64,000 nt of DNA from Bacteroidales bacterium (GCA_045130235.1 JBGUPJ010000034.1:96123-160122); one strand, 5' to 3'. Shown: positions 10,584 through 20,826, counted from the stretch's first letter. Numbers and translations are program-made. The notes: generated by a model not told the origin, from the sequence alone.

Positions 10584-11456
10584 TCACCACAGCCGCCGGA
10601 ACAGCTCAATTTCATTAACCTCATCGGGAGTGAACACTACATCAACATGTTTCCTTTTATTGGTTGAACTGACAAACCGGAAAATGAGTCCGTAGTCCAT
10701 GATGGAACATCCCGTTATGATTAGAAACAGGGATGAATTAGCATCCATCATCACATTAACAGTGTTGGCTTTCAATGCCTCGATGTTTTTCCTTAACATC
10801 TTGATATTGAAATTTTTATCCTCGAAAACTGTGTAATGATATTGCATATATCCTTTGTCGATGGACATCGAATCAACACGCATGTGTCTGTCAACAGTAG
10901 TGGGAAAAGTCTCGTTGACCTCTTTGACCAAATCGCGGAAATATTTTAAGACACGTTCTTTGGGAACTTCTTGTGAAAAGATGTCGGAAATCTCTTCTGG
11001 AGTATAAACAACCTCTGTTTTTCCCGTTGTATCTTTGAATGAGACAAGATAGGTAAGTCCCAGATGGCATCTCTTGATGATTTTAAAAAAGTGGGTGGTT
11101 CTTGACAATATAATCCACGAAGCCCCATCTTCTTTCGACTGTGTGTAATCTTTTGAATCGATGGATACATGATAGCAAACTTGCGGATGGCTGAACGAGA
11201 GACTATCCAGAGTGAGATTGCCGTATAAGGTCGTAGGACAGGAGGCGTTTATTTCGGGTATGCTTTCCACAAACTGTTGCAATATGATTTGGTCTTGAAC
11301 GCGCTCAGTTGTAATGGAATCCATTTCCGTCACCAAGTAGTTTTCTTGTATTTCATCATGGGTTGTTGTGCGTGTGGCAAGCGAATCTGTCTGACCATAG
11401 CCACAAAGGACTCCCATCCATAGGAGGAGCGCCGTCATTGCAATGTGTTTTTGCAT
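10584..11456 (-). CDS. Hypothetical exported protein
   Basis: 290 aa ORF with signal-peptide-like N-terminus; two weakly similar internal units. Confidence 0.65.
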   Translation of the reverse strand: MQKHIAMTALLLWMGVLCGYGQTDSLATRTTTHDEIQENYLVTEMDSITTERVQDQIILQQFVESIPEINASCPTTLYGNLTLDSLSFSHPQVCYHVSIDSKDYTQSKEDGASWIILSRTTHFFKIIKRCHLGLTYLVSFKDTTGKTEVVYTPEEISDIFSQEVPKERVLKYFRDLVKEVNETFPTTVDRHMRVDSMSIDKGYMQYHYTVFEDKNFNIKMLRKNIEALKANTVNVMMDANSSLFLIITGCSIMDYGLIFRFVSSTNKRKHVDVVFTPDEVNEIELFRRLW

Positions 11457-11586
11457 AGCTATTTTGTTGATTTGGATGGCAAAGATACTATAAATTTTTG
11501 GAAATAGAATGTCTAATCTACAAATACATACGAAAAGGCCCCTTCCGGCGGCCTCAGACTGGATTTATTAATTATGTATCACTATC

Positions 11587-12462
11587 CTATTTTATTGCTT
11601 CTAAGTAGGATACTATTGGGTATATTTTCAGATTCTTGTTCCTTACCAATAATTGGTATATTTCGTTAATCAAGTCCTGTTTTCGATGAATAGAAATGGT
11701 TGAAAGCAGAAACAAAATCACTCGTAACGCCCCCATGAGATTGTGGTGCTCGTTGCCGTTCAAATTGGAAATGGGGCCTCTTTTGATGGACTTTTGAAGT
11801 GTCAAGTCAAAGATGTTATGGCCATGAGCGCAAAGATTTCTCAAAACGCGAATGGTTCCGATATGGCTGTAATAGACATCAAGATTTCGAAAACCATGGT
11901 GTTCGGCAATGTCATTTTGCAAATTATTGTTTTTAAGGTTTTTACAAAGCATAATTATGTCACCCAATGTTGCATATTCCAATGTTTTCCATGCTGGGGC
12001 GACCAAATCACGCGGATACTTAATATGATGATGTCGTATGGCTGTGTTGTTTTTGATGTTTTCCAAGTATGTTTTTTGGAAATGTGTTACAAAGTCATAA
12101 TTGAGTATTGATGAATCTGCAAACCAAAGGGGATTGCCTTTGTATGCATGGGAAATGTGGTATATGACAAAAGTTCGCAGATTGATTTCAATCCTGCTGA
12201 GATAAGGAAGAAGAATGTTTCTCAAATCATGGTCAAAATAATACAGATTCACGGCATCTTCAAAGGAAGTTCCTTCTATAAAAACATGTGATCGGGTTCT
12301 ATCCTTTGCGGGATATGTTTTCTCAAATGGGAACCAATAAAACCCTAATCGATAATAACCGATATCCATCAGTATTTCTTTGGCCTTGTCTTCATTTCCA
12401 ATAATCATTCCCCTATTTTTTAGAAGCGCAATCTGCTCCTCAATGGTTGTTGCCTGTTTCAT
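11587..12462 (-). CDS. Abi family protein (Abi_2 / AbiD-AbiF, HEPN RNase)
   Basis: TIEEQI.LLK.RGM, IGYYRL..Y, LY.FD..LR, RIEI.LR and HEPN RNLCAH motifs; AT-rich. Confidence 0.9.
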   Translation of the reverse strand: MKQATTIEEQIALLKNRGMIIGNEDKAKEILMDIGYYRLGFYWFPFEKTYPAKDRTRSHVFIEGTSFEDAVNLYYFDHDLRNILLPYLSRIEINLRTFVIYHISHAYKGNPLWFADSSILNYDFVTHFQKTYLENIKNNTAIRHHHIKYPRDLVAPAWKTLEYATLGDIIMLCKNLKNNNLQNDIAEHHGFRNLDVYYSHIGTIRVLRNLCAHGHNIFDLTLQKSIKRGPISNLNGNEHHNLMGALRVILFLLSTISIHRKQDLINEIYQLLVRNKNLKIYPIVSYLEAIK

Positions 12463-12477
12463 TTTTTTTTGTTAAGA

Positions 12478-12561
12478 AAGAAAAGGGACACTCTAATGAG
12501 CATCCCTGTAATCCTTATTATAGTGCAGATAAACAGCTTGTACTTACCGGCACTCAATTAC
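12478..12561 (-). ncRNA. Putative structured leader / antitoxin RNA upstream of abi, ending in a terminator hairpin
   Basis: -7 element TATTTTTG near 12567-12574; hairpin AGUGCCGGUAAGUA-CAAGC-UGUUUAUCUGCACU, outer GUAAU/AUUAC pairing, then GGGAUGCUC-AUUA-GAGUGUCCC plus U run. Confidence 0.65.
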
Positions 12562-12633
12562 GGCTGCAAAAATACAATAATTATTTCATAAAAAATAACA
12601 AATCAAAAAAATGTTTGAAATTTTCTTAATGTG

Positions 12634-13899
12634 TTATTTGTTGATGGACGCCATGTCAGGAATCTCCTTGTCGTAGTCACCTTTGGCGAGGCGCTCCTTG
12701 ATGTCGCGGAAGGCCTCGAGGGTGCGGTCCACATCTTCGATGGAGTGAGCGGCCGTGGGGATGATGCGGAAGATGAGCATTCCGGGAGGAATGACGGGGT
12801 AGGTGACGATGGAGCAGAAGATGTTGTAGTTTTCGCGGAGGTCAACGGCGATGTTGGCGGCCTGGTTGATACCGCACTTGAGGATGACGGGCGTGACGCA
12901 GGCTTCGGCGGGTCCGATCTCGTAGCCGAGGTCGCGGAAACCTTTCTGCAGGCGGCGGGTCACCTCCCACAGTTTGGCACGGAGGGCGTCGCCTTCTGCG
13001 CTGCGGATGATTTCGAGACGCTTGAGGCAGCCCACCACGATCGGCATCGGGAGCGCCTTGGCGTACATCTGCGAGCGCATGTTGTATTTGAGGAAGTCGA
13101 TAATCGGCTTTTCGGTGGCGACGAAGCCGCCGATGGTGGCCATCGACTTGGCGTAGGCACCGATGTAGATGTCGATGTCGTCCATCACGCCGAAGTGTTC
13201 GGAGGTGCCGCGGCCGTGGGGGCCCATCACGCCGAAACCGTGGGCGTCGTCGATGAGGATGCGGAATTTGTATTTCTTCTTGAGGGCTGCGATCTGGTCG
13301 AGGATGCCGAGTGCGCCGGTCATGCCGAACACGCCTTCGGTGATGAGGAGCACGCCACCGCCCTGTTGTTCAGCCAGCGCGCAAGCTTTGGCCAGCACCT
13401 TTTCGCAATCTACTATATCATTGTGTTTGAATTTGATACGGGTGCCGATGTGGAGGCGCATACCATCAAGGAGGCAAGCGTGGGCTTCAGCATCGTAAAC
13501 GATGACGTCGTGGTGTGAGACGAGCGAGTCGATGGTGGAGAAGATGCCCTGGTAGCCGAAGTTGAACTCGAAGGCAGCCTCTTTCTTCTCAAAATCAGCC
13601 AGTTCGCGTTCCAGCTGCTCGTGCAGGGCGGTTTGGCCGGTGAGCATACGGCTTCCCATCGGGTAGGCCATGCCCCAGCGGGCGGCGCCTTCCGCGTCGG
13701 CTTTGCGCACCTCTGGGTGGTTGGCCAAGCCGAGGTAGTTGTTCAAGCTCCAGCAAAGCACCTCTTTGCCTCTGAATTTCATGTGAGGACCAAGTTCGCC
13801 TTCCAGCTTCGGGAAGATGAAATAGCCTTCGCAGGTTTTGCGGTATTGGCCGATCGGGCCGCCGGTGGACTGTTTAATCCTTTCAAAAATGTCTTTCAT
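12634..13899 (-). CDS. Alpha-oxoamine synthase family aminotransferase (serine palmitoyltransferase / BioF-like)
   Basis: NNYLGLANHP, GSR.L.G, EGVFGM.G, DDAHGFG, AKS motifs. Confidence 0.85.
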   Translation of the reverse strand: MKDIFERIKQSTGGPIGQYRKTCEGYFIFPKLEGELGPHMKFRGKEVLCWSLNNYLGLANHPEVRKADAEGAARWGMAYPMGSRMLTGQTALHEQLERELADFEKKEAAFEFNFGYQGIFSTIDSLVSHHDVIVYDAEAHACLLDGMRLHIGTRIKFKHNDIVDCEKVLAKACALAEQQGGGVLLITEGVFGMTGALGILDQIAALKKKYKFRILIDDAHGFGVMGPHGRGTSEHFGVMDDIDIYIGAYAKSMATIGGFVATEKPIIDFLKYNMRSQMYAKALPMPIVVGCLKRLEIIRSAEGDALRAKLWEVTRRLQKGFRDLGYEIGPAEACVTPVILKCGINQAANIAVDLRENYNIFCSIVTYPVIPPGMLIFRIIPTAAHSIEDVDRTLEAFRDIKERLAKGDYDKEIPDMASINK

Positions 13900-13929
13900 A
13901 TCCGTTATTATTTATGGTAAATTATAATT

Positions 13930-15216
13930 TTATTGCATTACAAGGGCGTCGGCCACGACTTCGGCCACGGATTTGATTTCCACGCCGAGTTTGTAGTGGT
14001 GGTCGATTTGCATGAGCTGGTCCACGCAGTTGTGGCAGGGGGTGATGACCACGTCGGCACCAGTTTTGCGAATCTGGTTGGCCTTGATTTCACCGATTTT
14101 GAGACGGCGTTCGTTGAACTCGCTCATGGCAAGCATGCCGCCGCCACCGCCGCAGCAGAAGTTCTCGTTGCCGTACGGGTCCATCTCAATCAGTTCGGGC
14201 ACGGCACTCTTCACCACGAAACGCAGGGTGTTGAACAGTCCGCCGTTGCGGGTGATGTTGCAGGGGTCGTGCAGGGTGTACTTCTTGGTATTCAGCGACT
14301 TGTCGAGTTTGATGCGCCCCGAGCGGATATATTGTTCAATGAGTTCCACGAGGGTAATCATCTGAAAGTCGGGGTGCTGTTTCATATAGTTGGGCGACTC
14401 CCAGCGGAGGGCGCGCGAACCATGACCGCACTCGCCGAGGATCAGCTTTTTGCAGTTCAGATTCTTCACCTCGTCGTACATGTGTTTGGCGATGAGGGTA
14501 GCCTCTTCGTCGTTGCCGGAGAAGTAGCCGTAGTTGGTTACATCGTACATCTTGGTTGAGAGGGTCCAGCTTTCGCCGGCGGCGTGGAAGATCTTGGCAG
14601 CGGCGGCGATGGAGAGCGGGAAGAACTTGGGTTCGCGGGGGTTGAGGGTGTAGAGCATCTCCTTGTCGGGCTGGTTGAGCGGGATTTCCGCAGTTTCGAA
14701 GCCCTCTTCATCCTGCATCTCCTCTTCCATCCACTGGATGGTATCCACAAACTCGTCTTCGGGAATGCCCATGTTGTTGCCGGTGTTCACGGCGGCATCC
14801 ACGGTGGCTTGCAGCGACTGGGGTACCATGCCCATAGTGGCGAGCATCCGGCGGCCGGTGCGCACCACGAAGGGAATATCAACGCCGATGGAGCAGTGGG
14901 CCACGCAGCGTCCGCACATGGTGCAGGCTCCGTAGAGCGAATCCACCATCTCGGCGATCATCTCATCGTCGAGGTCGCGGGCATGGGTCAGCTTGGGTGC
15001 CACCTTGCCCATGGTGGTGCAGTAGCGGCGGTACAGAGAGGCCACCAAGTCCACCTTCTTGCCAGGAATGTATTTCGGGTCGTCGAAAGACTTGTAGAAG
15101 AGACAGCTGGTGCCACACAACCCGCAGTGTACGCAGGAGTTGAGGTGGGTGATCAGCTTGCTGTCCGCGGGGTGGCGGAGGATGTCCAGTGCTTTTTCGG
15201 TCAGTTCAGGGTTCAT
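13930..15216 (-). CDS. Fe-S oxidoreductase (4Fe-4S dicluster plus CCG domains, HdrD/HmcF-like)
   Basis: CVHCGLC and CTMCGRC ferredoxin motifs, HDPC, CCGGGGG, PCHNC; start taken at MNPELTEK. Confidence 0.85.
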   Translation of the reverse strand: MNPELTEKALDILRHPADSKLITHLNSCVHCGLCGTSCLFYKSFDDPKYIPGKKVDLVASLYRRYCTTMGKVAPKLTHARDLDDEMIAEMVDSLYGACTMCGRCVAHCSIGVDIPFVVRTGRRMLATMGMVPQSLQATVDAAVNTGNNMGIPEDEFVDTIQWMEEEMQDEEGFETAEIPLNQPDKEMLYTLNPREPKFFPLSIAAAAKIFHAAGESWTLSTKMYDVTNYGYFSGNDEEATLIAKHMYDEVKNLNCKKLILGECGHGSRALRWESPNYMKQHPDFQMITLVELIEQYIRSGRIKLDKSLNTKKYTLHDPCNITRNGGLFNTLRFVVKSAVPELIEMDPYGNENFCCGGGGGMLAMSEFNERRLKIGEIKANQIRKTGADVVITPCHNCVDQLMQIDHHYKLGVEIKSVAEVVADALVMQ

Positions 15217-15226
15217 GTGGTTGTTT

Positions 15227-16408
15227 TTATTTAACAGCTTGATTTCCAAATGTTTCTAATAAACGATTCATCGCTTGTTCCACAGTGGCGCGGGGGCAGG
15301 CGAGGTTGATGCGCATGAAGTTGTCGCCGGCGGTGCCGAAGGCTTTGCCGTCGTTGAGTCCGAGGCGGGCTTCCTTGATCAGCTTTTCGGAGAGCTGCTC
15401 GTGGGTGAGCCCTAACCCTTTGAAGTTGACCCACAGGAGGTAGGTGGCCTCATGGCGATAGGTTTTGAGTTGCGGGAGGTTATCGGCGATAAACTGCTGG
15501 CAGTAAGCCACATTGCCGGTGAGGTAGCGGCACAGTTGGTCGAGCCAGTCGGCGCCGTGGGCGTAGGCGGCTTGTGAGGCGACGCTGCCAAACACATTGC
15601 CGTAGATATGCACCGTGTCGTTCATGAAGTTCTTGAAGCGGGTGCGGAGTTCGGGGTTGGGGATGATGATTTCGGAGGTGAACATGGCCGCGAGGTTGAA
15701 GGTCTTGCTCGGTGCCATGCAGGTGATGGTGTTCTGGGCGATGGCTTCCGACAGGGTGGCCACCGGCGTATGTTTGTAGCCGGTCATCATCAGGTCGGAA
15801 TGGATTTCGTCGCTGATTAACAGACAGTTGTATTTGAGGCACAACTCCGCTACGGGCTTCAGCTCGGCGGGAGTCCAGCAGCGACCCACCGGATTGTGCG
15901 GGTTGCTGATGATCATCAGTTTGGGATGTTGTTTCAGTTTCTCCTCCAAGTCGTTGAGGTCCATCTCATATACGTTGCCGTTGACCACGAGCGGGTTGAA
16001 AATCAGTTCACGTCCATTTTTTTCAACTACCTCATAAAAAGGAGGATATACAGGCGTTTGGATGAGAACTTTATCATTCTTTTCAGTAAAAATCTGCACT
16101 AAAAAAGAGAGACCGGCGACCACACCCGGCGAGAAGCAGATCCACTTGGAGGAGATATTCCACTGGTGGCGTTTCTGCATCCATGCCACGATGGCCTGGT
16201 AGTAAGCCTCGGGGTGGAAGAAATAGCCCATCACGGGATGCTCGAGGCGCTCTTTCAGCGCATTCAGCACAAAATCGGGGGTGCGGAAATCCATGTCGGC
16301 AATCCACATCGGAAGAACATCCTCGCTTCCAAAAAAGTCACCTATCTTGTCGTATTTCAAACAGTTGCTTCCTTTTCTGGGAATAATTTCGTCGAAGTTG
16401 TATTCCAT
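15227..16408 (-). CDS. PatB/MalY family C-S lyase (cystathionine beta-lyase-like)
   Basis: YNFDEII.R, LPMWIADMDF, NPHNP.G, SDEIH.D, APSKTFNL, RINLAC. Confidence 0.92.
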   Translation of the reverse strand: MEYNFDEIIPRKGSNCLKYDKIGDFFGSEDVLPMWIADMDFRTPDFVLNALKERLEHPVMGYFFHPEAYYQAIVAWMQKRHQWNISSKWICFSPGVVAGLSFLVQIFTEKNDKVLIQTPVYPPFYEVVEKNGRELIFNPLVVNGNVYEMDLNDLEEKLKQHPKLMIISNPHNPVGRCWTPAELKPVAELCLKYNCLLISDEIHSDLMMTGYKHTPVATLSEAIAQNTITCMAPSKTFNLAAMFTSEIIIPNPELRTRFKNFMNDTVHIYGNVFGSVASQAAYAHGADWLDQLCRYLTGNVAYCQQFIADNLPQLKTYRHEATYLLWVNFKGLGLTHEQLSEKLIKEARLGLNDGKAFGTAGDNFMRINLACPRATVEQAMNRLLETFGNQAVK

Positions 16409-16534
16409 AATTTCCGTGCGTGATATTTTGCGTGCAAAGGTACGGCATTTTTTTTGATTTTTTAGAATTAAAAACTCTTTATTAAAAAGCGATAAGTCAA
16501 AAAGAATTTTTATTTTTGCAATTCTTACCGAAAT

Positions 16535-17326
16535 ATGAATAAAAGAATACAACTTCTTGTTATACTGTTACTTGCGATATTTTCGTGGGGGTGTTCTTCT
16601 GATAAGAAGGAAGGAGAGAATGCGCAGAATAGCGTGGTGATGAAGGGAACTGTGAAGAATAGTGAGGGAAAATCGCTGTATCTTCACTTGATGTTGGTGG
16701 ACACTACCGGCGTGGGTGGGGTGGAATATGACGGTTTGAGCAACAGCACGGTCACAGATGGGGCATTCAGCCTCCAATATCAGCCCGACGATGCGGAGCC
16801 GCAGTTCTACCGTATCGGTTTTGGCGGGCAAAATACCATCACCACGATTGCCCGACGCGGCGAGCAGCTGACCTTCACCTTCAACAATGCTGACACATTG
16901 TGCCGCAACTACAAGGTAAAAGGCGGAGAGGATGCGCAGCTGATGTGGGAACTCGACCAGCGGCTGTCGCGTTTCATAGATTCTGCCGAACACCTCACCC
17001 TTTGGTATGAATATACCGATGATGACAGTTCGCACATGGTCATCAATAATGCTTATACACTCATCAAAGGCCATCATCGGGATTTTCTGGTTCAGTTTAT
17101 CACCCATCACCCCACTTCGTTGGCCACGATTACGGCGTTTTACCAAAAATATCAGATGGGTACTTTCTTCGATGAGGCGGAAGATCTTGATTTTTTAGAG
17201 AAAATATATGAGAATTTGAAGAAAAAGTATCCGCACAACCTCAATGTGATTTGGCTGTCCAAGCGCATTGATTTTATTCATAAAAATATTGATAATCAAT
17301 TAATAACAGAAAATAATTCATTTTAA
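16535..17326 (+). CDS. Lipoprotein, DUF4369-like
   Basis: Lipobox SWGC; architecture resembles the N-terminus of Bacteroidetes TlpA/DUF4369 proteins but lacks a thioredoxin domain. Confidence 0.6.
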   Translation: MNKRIQLLVILLLAIFSWGCSSDKKEGENAQNSVVMKGTVKNSEGKSLYLHLMLVDTTGVGGVEYDGLSNSTVTDGAFSLQYQPDDAEPQFYRIGFGGQNTITTIARRGEQLTFTFNNADTLCRNYKVKGGEDAQLMWELDQRLSRFIDSAEHLTLWYEYTDDDSSHMVINNAYTLIKGHHRDFLVQFITHHPTSLATITAFYQKYQMGTFFDEAEDLDFLEKIYENLKKKYPHNLNVIWLSKRIDFIHKNIDNQLITENNSF

Positions 17327-17352
17327 TTTATCAACTTTTAAACATCAAAAAA

Positions 17353-19122
17353 ATGAAAAGAATCCTTACAATTTTTGCAGGCGCATTGATGATGGTATTG
17401 GCTTTCTGTGCCAATCAATCTTTTGCGCAAAATGCCCCTATCTTTTCGCAAGACTTCACTTCGGTGACGGGCAGCGGTACACAGCAGTGTGATGCCAGTG
17501 GTTCAGCATTCAACGCCACCACGTTGGGTGATGCTCTTCCGGGCTGGAGTTCCTACAAAGCTTATCCCGCTAACGGAAAGGTGAAAGTGGGTACCGGTTC
17601 TGAGAACGGCTGGATTGAGACTCCCGCCATCGACCTGAGCGGTGTGGGCAGCATCCGCATTGTGTTCGACGCCCGCGCTTGGAACACCAACAATGCTACC
17701 GAAGGCACCACCATGACGGTAACGGTCAACAGCACAGCTTACACCGTTGAGGGTCTTCCCAACAGTGGTTCCACCCAGGATGTGCAGTGCGACCTCGCCA
17801 CTTTCGAGATTATCGCTGCTGGCGGCGGTGCCACCACCATCCGTTTCGAGGGTTCTCCCAGAGCTTTCATCGACAATATTTATATTTATGCTGCCACCGA
17901 CCCGACCATGAGCGTTCAGGGTACCACCAGCTTCAACAACGTGTCGGTCAACCAGGCTTGCACCTCCACGCTGATTGCTCATGGTTACAACCTCACTGCA
18001 GGCGGCACCACTACCGTATCCATCAGTGGTGATACTCAGTTTGCTACCACCGCCACCACCGTCGCCAACGACGATCTGATGACCGACAACGGTGTGGCCA
18101 TCCCGATCAGCTTCAGCGCTGCCGCTGCCGGCAACTACACCGCCACCCTCACCCTCACCAACAGCGACTATACCGCCACTGTGGGACTCACCGCCCACGT
18201 TATCGAAATCACCGATGTTCCTACTATCGCTGCCCTCCGCGCCCTCATCGACAACAGCGATGTGAACGCCAACGTAACCGACACCTCCGCCTTCTACAGA
18301 TATACCGGACAAGGTTATGTGACCCAGGTCTTCAAGACCGGCAGCTACACCAAATGGATCCAGGACGAGACCGGCGCTATCCAGCTCTATGACCCCGATG
18401 CTCATCTTACCAATGTGTCTGTTGACCAAGAGATTACAAACGTGATTGGTCATGTCAGCAACTATTTCGGTTACACCGAATTCAAGGTGATGGCAGGTAT
18501 TTCCAACGCCGACATCAACGCCTTCCCCTCCGCAGCTCCCGCCCCCATCGTGGTGACTTTGGCCCAGCTGCAGGATCAGGAGTACATGGATGGCATTCAG
18601 GGACAGCTCATCAAGCTCGAGAATGTTACCTTCAACGAGACCGGTACTTTCACCAAGCAGATTCGCTACACGGTTACCCAGAACGGTGTTACCGACACGG
18701 CCGTATATTTCACGGGCCAGTACGACACGCAGGTGGGTGCTGACATCCCGACCGTCGCTTGTGACATTATCGGTGTGAACATGCGTACTGCCGCCTACTC
18801 CAATGGTTACGGTTCTCCTCGTGTAGAATCCCGCTACTACATCCTGCCCAAGACCCTCGGTGATGGTACGCTGGTGAACGAAAATCCGGCTCTCCAGACT
18901 GTGGTTTATCCGAACCCGACCCCGGGCAATATCACCCTCGAAATCAATGGTGAGGCCACCCACGCAGCCATCTACAACATGATGGGCGAGCTGGTCGACA
19001 GCCAGGCCATCAACAATGGTGCTAACACCATCAAGATGAGCCAGCTTTCACAGGGCGTTTATTTCATCTGCATCTTCAACGGCAACGAAATGGTGGGTAA
19101 GACCAAAGTTGTGAGACAATAA
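17353..19122 (+). CDS. Secreted T9SS type A sorting-domain protein
   Basis: Signal peptide; C-terminal VYPNP...IYNMMG...LSQGVYF...KVV sorting domain. Confidence 0.88.
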   Translation: MKRILTIFAGALMMVLAFCANQSFAQNAPIFSQDFTSVTGSGTQQCDASGSAFNATTLGDALPGWSSYKAYPANGKVKVGTGSENGWIETPAIDLSGVGSIRIVFDARAWNTNNATEGTTMTVTVNSTAYTVEGLPNSGSTQDVQCDLATFEIIAAGGGATTIRFEGSPRAFIDNIYIYAATDPTMSVQGTTSFNNVSVNQACTSTLIAHGYNLTAGGTTTVSISGDTQFATTATTVANDDLMTDNGVAIPISFSAAAAGNYTATLTLTNSDYTATVGLTAHVIEITDVPTIAALRALIDNSDVNANVTDTSAFYRYTGQGYVTQVFKTGSYTKWIQDETGAIQLYDPDAHLTNVSVDQEITNVIGHVSNYFGYTEFKVMAGISNADINAFPSAAPAPIVVTLAQLQDQEYMDGIQGQLIKLENVTFNETGTFTKQIRYTVTQNGVTDTAVYFTGQYDTQVGADIPTVACDIIGVNMRTAAYSNGYGSPRVESRYYILPKTLGDGTLVNENPALQTVVYPNPTPGNITLEINGEATHAAIYNMMGELVDSQAINNGANTIKMSQLSQGVYFICIFNGNEMVGKTKVVRQ

Positions 19123-19138
19123 TCTTTCCAAAGAACCT

Positions 19139-19171
19139 CAAACGGGCACATGAAAATGTGCCCGTTTTTTT
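19139..19171 (+). terminator. Intrinsic terminator
   Basis: AAACGGGCACAT-gaaa-ATGTGCCCGTTTTTTT. Confidence 0.85.
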
Positions 19172-19186
19172 AGAAACATAAAATTT

Positions 19187-20230
19187 ATGGCTCGAATCTT
19201 ATTCTTCATCTTTTTTATGGCCTTCATCATCGTGATGTTGGCATTGGACTTGGGCGTTTTTCATAAAAAAGACCATGCTATCAGCAACAAGGAGGCGGCC
19301 ACGTGGACGTTGGTATGGGTGCTTTTGGCCATGGGTTTTGCCGCACTGTTGTGGTTCAAGGCCGAGTGGATTCATGGCATCGGCAACATGGAGGATTTGC
19401 TGGCCTTTGTGGGCAACAGCGACCTCTCGAAGCTGATTCATGAGGGGATGGACTATGAGAGCAGTTTACAAATCTATCGCAAGGAGATTTTCACCCAATA
19501 CTTGGCTGGCTACTTCTTGGAAGAGTCGCTTTCCATCGACAATATCTTCGTGATGATTATGATTTTTGTGAGCTTTGGCATCGACAAAAAGTACTATCAT
19601 CGGATATTGTTTTGGGGAATTTTGGGGGCCATCATCCTGCGTTTCGCCTTTATTTTTGCATTGGGAGCCATGGTGCAGAAATTCTCGTGGGTGCTGGCCA
19701 TTTTCGGTGCCATTCTGATTTTTAGTGGTATCAAAATGTTTGTCAGCAAGAGTGATGAGAAGGTGGATACCGCCAACCATCCCATTGTGAAGTTTGCCGC
19801 CAAGCACTTCCGCACCACGCCGGAGGTGCATGGCCACGATTTCTTCACCAAGATTGACGGCAAAAATTTCATGACCCCCCTGTTTTTGGTGCTGCTGGTC
19901 ATTGAGTTCAGCGACATCATTTTTGCGGTGGACTCCATCCCGGCGGTCTTTTCCGTCACCACTGACCCCTTCATTGTGTTTTTCTCTAACATATTTGCTA
20001 TCATGGGGTTGCGTTCGCTATTTTTCCTGCTCAGCAATGTCACTTCGCTCTTTTGGCTGCTCAAATATGGTTTGGGCGTGCTGCTGACCTTTATTGGGGT
20101 GAAGATGATCGGGCATGAATTTTTCCACTTGGAGATTTCCACCCTGCTCTCCCTGTTGATTATTTTGGGGATTTTGGTGATGTCGATTGTGGGATCATTG
20201 ATTTTCCCGCACAAAAAAGCGACAGAGTAG
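19187..20230 (+). CDS. TerC/Alx family metal homeostasis membrane protein
   Basis: E.SLS.DNIFV, LFWGILGAI.LR, DIIFAVDSIPA, SNIFAIMGLRSL motifs. Confidence 0.92.
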   Translation: MARILFFIFFMAFIIVMLALDLGVFHKKDHAISNKEAATWTLVWVLLAMGFAALLWFKAEWIHGIGNMEDLLAFVGNSDLSKLIHEGMDYESSLQIYRKEIFTQYLAGYFLEESLSIDNIFVMIMIFVSFGIDKKYYHRILFWGILGAIILRFAFIFALGAMVQKFSWVLAIFGAILIFSGIKMFVSKSDEKVDTANHPIVKFAAKHFRTTPEVHGHDFFTKIDGKNFMTPLFLVLLVIEFSDIIFAVDSIPAVFSVTTDPFIVFFSNIFAIMGLRSLFFLLSNVTSLFWLLKYGLGVLLTFIGVKMIGHEFFHLEISTLLSLLIILGILVMSIVGSLIFPHKKATE

Positions 20231-20233
20231 CCG

Positions 20234-20812
20234 ATGACTTTTGTAGAAGCCGTTGTTTTAGGACTTGCCCTTTGTGTGGATACGTTAGTCGTATCGACCA
20301 CTTGCGGTTTGAAGTCGAAGTTCAGTTACTCGCGGGGGGTGCTGATGGCGGTTACTTTTGCGCTGTTTCAGGGCGGGTTTCCGCTGTTGGGTGCGCTCAT
20401 CGGCAATGTGTGCCAGCGGTTGATCGAGAGTGTGGACCATTGGATTGCGTTCGGGTTGTTGGCCGCGGTGGGAGTCAAGATGATCGTGGACGGCATTCGC
20501 AACGATGAAGGCGACGGCAATTTCGATGTGTCGCGTTTTTGGGTGATCTGCACGTTGGCGGTGGCCACCAGCATTGATGCTTTCGTGGTGGGCATCGGGT
20601 TAGGGGTGGACAACACCATTCCGCAGATTCTGATGACGGTGCTGGTGATTGCCGTCGTGACCTTTCTGTCGGCCATGCTGGGCATTTTTCTCGGCAAACG
20701 CAAATTCCCCATTCCGGCCAAGTGGGCTTCTATCACGGCAGGCGTTGTGCTGATAGGCCTTGGCGTACATACCTTGTACGAGCATGGTGTTTTCTCTTTT
20801 ATAAATCTGTAA
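20234..20812 (+). CDS. mntP: Manganese efflux pump MntP family
   Basis: L.VD...VS, DHWIAF.LL, ATSIDAF.VG motifs. Confidence 0.88.
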   Translation: MTFVEAVVLGLALCVDTLVVSTTCGLKSKFSYSRGVLMAVTFALFQGGFPLLGALIGNVCQRLIESVDHWIAFGLLAAVGVKMIVDGIRNDEGDGNFDVSRFWVICTLAVATSIDAFVVGIGLGVDNTIPQILMTVLVIAVVTFLSAMLGIFLGKRKFPIPAKWASITAGVVLIGLGVHTLYEHGVFSFINL

Positions 20813-20826
20813 ATAAAATAGTTACA

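Noticed and set aside
19123-19186. yybP-ykoY manganese riboswitch before terC-mntP
   Set aside because: Gap is too short and is occupied by a simple terminator hairpin
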